From the NCBI GenBank assembly GCA_964016885.1, contig OZ024743.1, forward strand, positions 276,644,001 to 276,708,000: 64,000 nucleotides of DNA. The letters are read 5' to 3'. Below the pieces are notes generated by a model. It worked only from the letters and a program-made list of their open reading frames with translations. It was not told where the DNA came from and ran no database searches. This document shows, piece after piece, positions 55,870 through 64,000 of this stretch; position 1 is the stretch's first letter; the number at the start of each line of letters is the position of its first letter. Both the position numbers and the translations under genes were made by a program. The stretch is from Eledone cirrhosa. Lineage: Eukaryota.

Positions 55870-58800
55870 TTACAGATATATACTCAGAGTAGGCCCATTC
55901 ACTCGGGCCATTCTTGCTTCTCTCACCCATCTTTCAACAAAATGCTGGGAAGAGAGCACTTCCCTCTCTACCCTGATTTTCCTTTTCAAATGAAATTTGA
56001 AAAAGTCAATCAGAGCATCACCGAAGAGGTAAGTGCTCGTCTTCAGCCCTTTCAAACGTGTCCACCATACTATCTCTTTCACCATGGCCACCAGGCAGAT
56101 AAAAACTGCCTGCCCTTCCCGGCTAAAGGAGGAGGGCGGGGCAATCCTCACGATGGACTCAGATGATAGCCGGATCCGTCCTAAACGCGACAGCAGGTGT
56201 TCGACATAAACCCACAAGTCAGCAATTTTCGGACACTGGACGAGTGCGTGCAGGACGGTTTCGTCGCCCTGCGTGCATCTCGGACATGCCCGGCTGACGG
56301 CACCTCCATGCCTGTAGAGTTTATCCCGAACTGGCAAGGCTCCTCGGTAGCACTGCCAGGCCAGAGATTTCTGGAAGTTGTCCATAGGCCCTGGCCCGAA
56401 AGTTCTTCCGAAGAGATTGGCTAGTTGATTTTCGTCGACGCCTAGAGTTTCCCCAAGTACGTCGTCGCTCTTCCCCTCCACTAATCCTCTATAGAACGCC
56501 GAGGTGGAGTTTCCACCGATCACATTGCCCGATTGGTCGAGGGCTGTGAGCGCCTGAAGACATTCCAGACTCCAGGCGCTCCCTCTCGGTCTTCGCTTGA
56601 CCCAGGACTGCAGCTCCGTCAAGGAAACGAGCTCGGGAAAAACGCGTCTAGCAAACGGCGACCACACCTGATCACTGTCGAGGAAGAGGTGGAGATGTCG
56701 TAGCCTGAGCGCGTGCCTGCGCATCATCAGCCACGGCATGCCCAGCCCTCCACGTAGCGGGTGTTGACAACAGATGAACCGCCTGACGATCTGAGCACGT
56801 CCCTTCCACAAAAAGCGAAAGAGCAAACGCTCCAGCGCAGTCAGGCGAGGCTTAGGACAAGGTACGACGGTTAGGCGGTAGCAGATGACAGACGCGATGT
56901 ACGCGTTAGCCACCTCCGCTCGACCTTTCAGGGATAGCTTCCTCTCCGCCCATTTCTGGGTGAGAGAAGCCACCCTGCTCGTCACCTCGTCCCAGTTTTT
57001 GTCCGTCTGGAGGTCCGGACCGAACCAGACCCCTAGCAATTTAACCGGTCCGTCCGTCCAGCGCCCGACGACGCTGTTGGACGGCATGGACCTGCCTCTC
57101 CAGGTGCCGAGCTGCAGGCCCACTGACTTTTCCTGGTTGATCATTGCTCCTGTCACCGCTTCGTATTCTCTTAGTGTAGTGCCGATCGCCTCGATGTGTT
57201 TGGCGTTCGACACCACTACGGTGACATCGTCCGCATATGCTGACACGGATCTTCCGCATCCTAGTTCGCGCGGGACTCCCCTCAACGTCTCCAGTTTGTG
57301 CAGTAATGGCTCGAGAGTCAATACGTACAAGAGGGACGAGAGGGGACATCCTTGGCGGACCGAGCGCATGATGTTGAACGGTTCCGACAGGTGACCGTTC
57401 ACTCTCACCACAGAGCAGATGTCGCTGTGCATGGCAGCGATCCAGCCTCTGAAGACGGGCCCAAAGCCAGCCGCCCTCAGGACTGCCGCTAGGTAACGAT
57501 GGTCGACCCTATCGAAAGCTTTCGACTGATCTAAATTGATCAAGGACCCACCCGTGCCAGGTTCCCTAGCTACCCTCTCTACGATGTATCGCATGAGGTG
57601 GAGGTTGTCGTGGATGGATCTGTCGGGAATGGCGCATGTCTGCGCCTCTCCCACCAGACCACCAACGACAAGCGCCAACCTCTTTGCTAGCACCTTGGCC
57701 AAAATCTTAAACTCTGTGTTTAGGAGAGTTATGGGCCGGAAATTTTCTATGTTATCCCCCTTGTTCGGATCCTTTCTCAGCAGTACCACCGCTCCTCGGC
57801 TCACAGAACTGGGAATTCTCCCGTTCTGTTGCCAGTTGCAGTAGACGTCCGCCAAGAGGCCTCCGAACAAGTCTGGCATCTGTACGTAAAGTTCATAGGG
57901 CAGACCATCAAACCAGGCGATTTACCCCTTGTGCAGCCAGTCATTGCCTCCCTTACTTCAGCGGCTGTTATCGGCTTTTCGCAACACTTCGCCTCAGTGG
58001 CCGAGAGCCGCGGCAGTCCGTCGAGGTAGACAGTAAAGTCCATCCCTCGACCCGGCTCACCGCTGCCCCCGAACAGCTGAGCGAAGTGTCGCTGAAAAGC
58101 TTCACACATTTGCCCGGGATCGAGTAGCATGCGCCCGTCGTGGTCCACCAAAGACCGGATCGTGGCTTTGTTGCCACGATGCGCCTCCGCCACTAGGGCC
58201 CATTGAACGGCTTTCGTCCCCTCGTGTCTGAGAGCACGCACCCTTGCTCTGACAACGCAGCCTTCGTGCTTTGCATTGAAGAATTGGTCAAGGGCCAATT
58301 TCGCCGCAAGCACGTCGGTCGCAATGCCTTTGCTAAGCGCCTCGTCTAATTTTCTAACTAGTTCTCCCTCTGCTCTATTTTTCTCTATTGCTAAAGCCTT
58401 ACTAAACCTAATGGATTCTATTCTAATCGCTCTTTTCAGAGCAAACCACCACTTGTTGTTGACGATGGCTTAACTAGTTGGCTAATCCGGTCTCTGTAGG
58501 TCTTGCGCGCTGGTAAGGACGCGTTTAGCTTCCAGTAGCCGGGTCCTCGTCTATGAAGCCTATCTAAGTCAAGCAAACAGATCACGAATTTGTGGTCCGT
58601 GTAGCTGACTATCTTGAATTGTGGACAGCCTATGCTAGACCTATCTATTTCCTTACAAAATACTCGATCTAGATATGATCTGGATAACCCTATGCGGTTT
58701 GTCCAAGTCCACATTGGCACATTCGGGAAATCCAATCGGTACCTGTCAGACAGTTCAAAACGCCTGAGCAGGTTGGTGAGGCTCTTGCACCCTCCACCCC

Positions 58801-59272
58801 TATCCGCTAATCCCACACAGTCCCAGCGTGCATCTAAGATCCCGTTCCAGTCGCCCACTAACACTAAAGAGCGGGACGTTCCAAGAAAGATCTCCAGACG
58901 CCGGAAGAAATCAGGCCGCCCTGCTCCTGTCGGGGCATAGACGGCCACTAGCCTGAAAGCTTGCCCGTCTCCGCTGGTCACCTCCAGCACCACCAACTTA
59001 CCCTCTGGGTCCAGGAAGATGGCCCGTATGGCGAGATCCAAACCTCTCCGAAAAAGCACAGCAACTCCTCCCCCCGATCCAGGACGGCTGGGAGATGCGT
59101 ACACATCGTAGCCGCCGAAGATCGGTGCGAAGGCCCGTGCTTCGGAGATTTTGGTCTCGCTGATGACCACTACATCTATGTTTAGTGACCTGAGGTCGTT
59201 GTGCGGGTGACCCTGCTTCCATGACGAGCCCAAGCCACGCGCATTTATGCTGCCTATTCTGAGTGAGGTCAT
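55870..59272 (-). pseudogene. Copy B ORF2 (APE-RT-CCHC), two frameshifts
   Basis: APE motifs VYAP, GDWN, SYLDR, TDH, WKLN; intact YADD RT in ORF 55870-57879; shifts near 58465 and 57910. Confidence 0.92.
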
Positions 59273-59641
59273 GTTTAAAATAGAGTGGAAAAGTAGGGAA
59301 AGACCACTTACCGTACTTTTCGTAGAGGAAGGATGTTTTCTCCATCACTTTTCACCTGATCGTCTGGTGAAGGGACCGCTGAATCGTCCCTTCGGCTGGT
59401 CGTCGGCTCTTCTATGAGTATGTCCGAATATACTCTCCGGTTGAGAGTCCCTCCTTGGTCTCTGAAATCACCAACTGCGTTGTGGAATTTCGTTTTAATG
59501 TTTGTGTATTGTATTATGTAGTCGTGCTGTGAAATGTCTGTGTGTATTTATTGCCGTGCATTTGTTTTTCTGGGGGTGCGGTGTGGTTCTACTATTTTCT
59601 TGTCGTTGTTGCTGGGTGTGCGTGTTTTGTTGTTGTGTTTG

Positions 59642-61346
59642 CTATGTTTGTGCTTGTGGTGGTGGTGTTGAAGGTGTTGTTGTTGTTGGCGGTGGGGTTG
59701 TCGCCGGTGGTGATGGTGGTGCTAGTGTGGGTGGTGATGGTGTTGGTGGTGTTGCTGCTGTGAGTCTCTTTGCAGTAGCTTTTACCCTTTTTTCATTTCT
59801 TTCCTTCCTTTTCGAAGGCGACGATGCGCTGCTTCTGCGTTTGTGCCTTCTTACGACCTTTTTCCATCCCTCTCCCACCTCACACTCCATGTCTGATTGT
59901 GTGAGGTCGGGGAGGGGTACCAGCTCCACTCTTTCACTTGTTGTTGTTGGTGATGTTTGCAGTGGAGTCTCTGTTGCAGCTACATATGGTATTGCTGTTG
60001 TTGTTGTTAATACTTCCACTGCTGCTGCTGTTCTTGATTTCTGTGGCGTGGGTATGGGTGCCACGGACCTATCGTTCCTGGTTGCCGCTTGTCCTGTTGC
60101 TGGTAGCCGTGGAGCCGCTTTCGGAAGGAGGGTTTTTTTTCCTTTCTCAGGGTCTTCTCGTTGCAGAAGGCCCTGAGGTGAGTCTTCGATCCACAGCGAA
60201 AGCATTTCGGGCGTTTGCCCTCAACACTTATGGGCAGTTGAGTGCCGTTATCGAAGTCTATCACATCCGGGATAGCTTCGATGCACTCCTGGTTGGTTTG
60301 GATTAACATCTCAATGGAGGTGCCGACCCAATCTTCTCTTACTCTTTTCTGTACTTGCAGTACAGTTGTTTTGTCCTCGATTCCGACGAGGACAGACGCG
60401 GCCAGCCAAGAAGGGGCCATCGCGTGGGTCAGTTTGACCCTCACAATTTTTTGCCCGCAGTAGGAGGGCACCAACACCATTTCCTCGCTCCTTAGGGTCA
60501 CTAAGGATTGAGCCTTTGCCTCCTGGGGTGTGGCAAAAAAGCACGTCTACGGTGGCATATTTCTTGCCTCGGATGATGTGCGTTTTCCGCTGCCACACAG
60601 ATCCTATGGCTTTTTGTATTTGAGCCTCTGTGGCGCTTTCAACCCTACGGGATTTTGTGCTTACTGTACGGTACGTGACCTTACAGTGCTGTTGGGTTTC
60701 GAAAAATGTTTCGGCTGCCTTGCAGATGCTCGGTGTTCGGTTTTCGTCACCATCTTCTTCGCTTCCTCTAATGCCTCATTTGTTATGAGGATGGTTTCCA
60801 GGTTCTCTGCGATACCTGCAAACGAGATTGGTTTTTCTTTGCTGCTGCTGTTGTTGTTGTTGTCGTCAGAGCTGCTGTTACTTTTGTTGTTGCTGCAGGT
60901 ACTACGACTACTGCCGCCGCCGCTGTTGCTGTGGTTGTTGTTGTTGTTGCTGCTGCTGCTGTTGTTGTTGCTGTTGCTGCTAATGCTGTTGTTGTTTATG
61001 CTGCTGCTGATGCTGTTGCAGCTGCTACTGTTGTTTTCCTTGTCACTGATGCTGCTGCTACTATTACGGCTGCTACTGCTATTATTCCTGACGTCAGACG
61101 AATGAAATGGGTTTTCGTATTTCCCGCACACCTTTTTCATCGTTGTCGTCGTCGTGGAGAAATCTTGCACGCTTTGCACGTGATTTTTCTTTTCTGGCGT
61201 CGCTTGCGAAAGAGAAGGGAGAGAGAGAGAGACACATTTAGAGAAGGGAGGGAAAGAGACAATCTTCTCTCTGCTGTAGTGACGATTGAGGAAGAAGAAG
61301 ACGGAATGAGTGGGAGTGACCTATGAAAATTCTTTTTCGTAGCCAT
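59642..61346 (-). pseudogene. Copy B ORF1, frameshifted
   Basis: MATKKNF start; CFRCGSKTHLRAFC knuckle. Confidence 0.8.
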
Positions 61347-61574
61347 GTCTTTTTTTTGTTTAAAATAAATATTGGGCACAAAACCCCAATAAGCGGTTAT
61401 TTAACCCCGAAGGGCCAAATAACGGGCAGAAAGACCCCTCTCACGAGGAGGAGGGTGTTTTTGTCTACAATTTGGTTAAAGTTTTAAACAATTTACAATT
61501 GTTATAGCGGTCAAAATTTACAATACCTTACAGAGCTGAGTCTCCGTCAACCATAGCATTCAATAATAATAATA

Positions 61575-64000
61575 ATGTTTGACAACAACCAGAAGATGCT
61601 TTTTGGACAGCTTGAAGGGAAAGAAAGAGGCAACGACTTGATCCCTGAGGCGGAACAAACTAAATCATTCTGGAGAGGAATATGGGGGCATGATGTTAAA
61701 CATAATGACCAGGCAGTGTGGATTGAGACAGTACAAAAGGAGATTAGTGAACAGGCACACCAACAAACTGATTTGAGTATCACAGTTGAAACTCTTAAGG
61801 GGCAGGCCAAAAAACTAACCAACTGGAAATCACCAGGCCCAGATGGTGTGCAGGGGTATTGGATTAAAAATATAACATCCCTCCACCCGAAACTGACAAC
61901 CATGTTCAATGACTGCTTGATGGCAGGTGAGGTACCAGAGTGGTTGACAAAAGGTACCACAGTTCTGGTAATGAAAGACCGAATCAAGGGTAATGATGTT
62001 ACCAACTATAGACCTATCACATGTCTGTCCGTAATGTGGAAACTGTTGACAAGCATTATGTCTGAGGAAATCTACCATCACCTCCACACAAACAACTTGT
62101 TACCGGACGAACAGAAAGGATGCCGAAAGAAGTCACGTGGTACAAAGGACCAATTACTTATTGATAAGATGGTAATAAGGAATTGCAAGAGGAGACACAC
62201 TGGTCTTGCCATGCGATGGATAGACTACATAAAGGCATTTGACATGGTGCCTCATTCTTGGATCACCAAAAGCCTAGAGATCTACAAGGTGGCAGATAAC
62301 ATCAGACAGTTGTTGGGCAAAAGTATGAAGTCCTGGAAAACAGAGTTAACATCAGCTGGAGAATGCTTGGGAGGCGTGAAGATCAAGAGAGGTATCTTCC
62401 AGGGAGATAGTCTGTCCCCTCTGTTGTTTGTCCTTGCCCTGATGCCCCTGACCATTATACTGCGAAAAGTGAGAGCAGGATACAAGTTGGGAAAGGGAGA
62501 GGTTACCATCAATCACCTCCTCTTCATGGACGATCTTAAGCTCTTCGGGAAGAGTGAGAAGGAGTTGGATGTGCTTGTTGACACTGTCCGTATTTTCAGC
62601 AATGATATATGTATGCAATTTGGTATTAGTAAGTGTGGAGTCCCTGTGATGAAGAGGGGTAAATTGAGCAGGAGCAAGGGAATCCAGGTACCAACAGGTG
62701 AGATGATAAAGGAAATTGACACTGAAGAAGGATACAAGTATTTGGGTGTTTTGGAGGCTGATGACATCAAGAACAAAAAAATGAAGGAATTGATAAGATC
62801 TGAATGCATTCGGAGAGTAAGGCGCGTATTAAAGTCACATCTGAACAGTAGGAATGCCATAAGTGCAGTAAATTCCCGAGCTGTGTCTATTATTACGTAC
62901 AGTACGGGAATTCTGAGATGGAATGTTGCTGAACAAAAAGAAATGGATAGGAAGACTAGGAAGCTATTGACTATCTACAACATGTTCCACAAGAGGAGTG
63001 ATGTCGATAGACTCTACTTAAGGAGATCTGAGGGTGGAAGAGGTCTTATCAGCATAGAGGACTATGTTCAGATGGAGAAAAACAACCTACACAAATACGT
63101 GACTGATAGTATGCTAGCCAATGCTCAGAACTGTACTGAAGGAGAGGACAATAGACCAGGGGATGTCCAAGGAGGAAATAACAACAAGGAGAAAGAGCAG
63201 CCTTCATGAAAAATCCCTTCATAGTACCTTCTTTGAGAAAACTGAATTTAGAGATCCACAGACATGGAACTGGTTGAAAAGAGGAGACCTTAAAAAGGCT
63301 ACAGAAGGAATGTTAATGGCTGCACAAGAGCAGGCCCTCAAAACGAAGTGGTTGAAACACCATATTTACAAGGAGGAGGCTAGCCCACTGCGCAGGATCT
63401 GTGGAGAGAGAGAAGAGACTGTGGCTCACATTGTATCCGAGTGTAAACACCTAGCCCAGACTCACTATAAGGGCTGGAGATATGATGTGATGGGCAGGGT
63501 GATCCACTGGCACCTATACAAAGTAAACAATTTACCACACTCTGAGAAGTGGTATGAGCATAAGCCAGAGTCGGTGATAGAAAACGATCAGGTGAAGGTG
63601 CTATGGGATTTTAGGATACAGACGGACAAGAAACTGGAACACAATAGACCTGACCTGGTGGTTTTGGACAAAGAAAAAAGATCGTGCCTGATTGTGGATG
63701 TGGCCTGCCCATTCGACACGAGAGTGCAAGAGAAGGAGAGGGAGAAAATTAACCGATACCAGGACTTAAAGTGGGAGGTAAAAAGGATTTGGAACTGCCA
63801 TGAAGTCAAAGTGGTCCCGATTGTCATAGGCGCACTAGGTACTATCTCAAAAAGTTTCCAGGGATGGTTAAAGAAAATTGGCCCCGTCACGCTTTTTGGA
63901 ACGCTTCAAAAGGCATCCTTGCTGGGAACAGCAAGAACCCTCCGATACGTCCTGAATATCTGAGGCTGCAGGTAGTGGCTTGATATTCATTTCAACAAAC
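61575..64000 (+). mobile_element. R4/Dong-clade RLE LINE, 5'-truncated, one frameshift; 3'UTR runs off the window
   Basis: KSPGPDG, YRPITCL, KAFDMVPH, GIFQGDSLSP, LFMDD; then ICG..ETVAHIVSEC and RPDLVV..IVDVACPFD; starts right after (TAA)n. Confidence 0.92.

Larger units (their letters stand above)
55621..61561 (-). mobile_element. Tx1/L1-clade non-LTR retrotransposon, copy B (full-length)
   Basis: Collinear with copy A with the same termini; (AAT)13 at the 3' side and (AAT)5 at the 5' side. Confidence 0.93.

Noticed and set aside
56885-57394. Antisense ORFs present in both LINE copies
   Set aside because: Expected shadow frames of GC-rich ORF2 in near-identical copies

Overview
AT-rich, microsatellite-saturated eukaryotic DNA. 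The repeat repertoire looks like octopus/cephalopod, but that is an inference. No host gene is confidently identifiable, and almost all ORF-track entries are microsatellite artefacts. Real coding sequence is transposon-derived: two full-length but disrupted Tx1/L1-type LINEs (7.3-12.9 kb and 55.6-61.6 kb, minus strand) plus older fragments, R4/Dong RLE LINEs, Penelope-like (GIY-YIG) remnants, an RTE fragment, a Tc1/mariner remnant, and more than 20 tRNA-derived SINEs. Two features stand out. (1) About a dozen sequence-diverse minimal type I hammerhead ribozyme motifs lie mostly in inverted-repeat Penelope pseudo-LTR remnants next to (TA)n. They include a U3-A8 compensated core and forms with an A.A pair and a long helix II insert. 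(2) The Tx1 LINE inserts at (ATT)n, has a structured 5'UTR, and shares its 3' terminal motif and target with the dominant SINE family, suggesting a LINE-SINE partnership. Repeat boundaries were read by eye and are approximate; no ribozyme activity is demonstrated.
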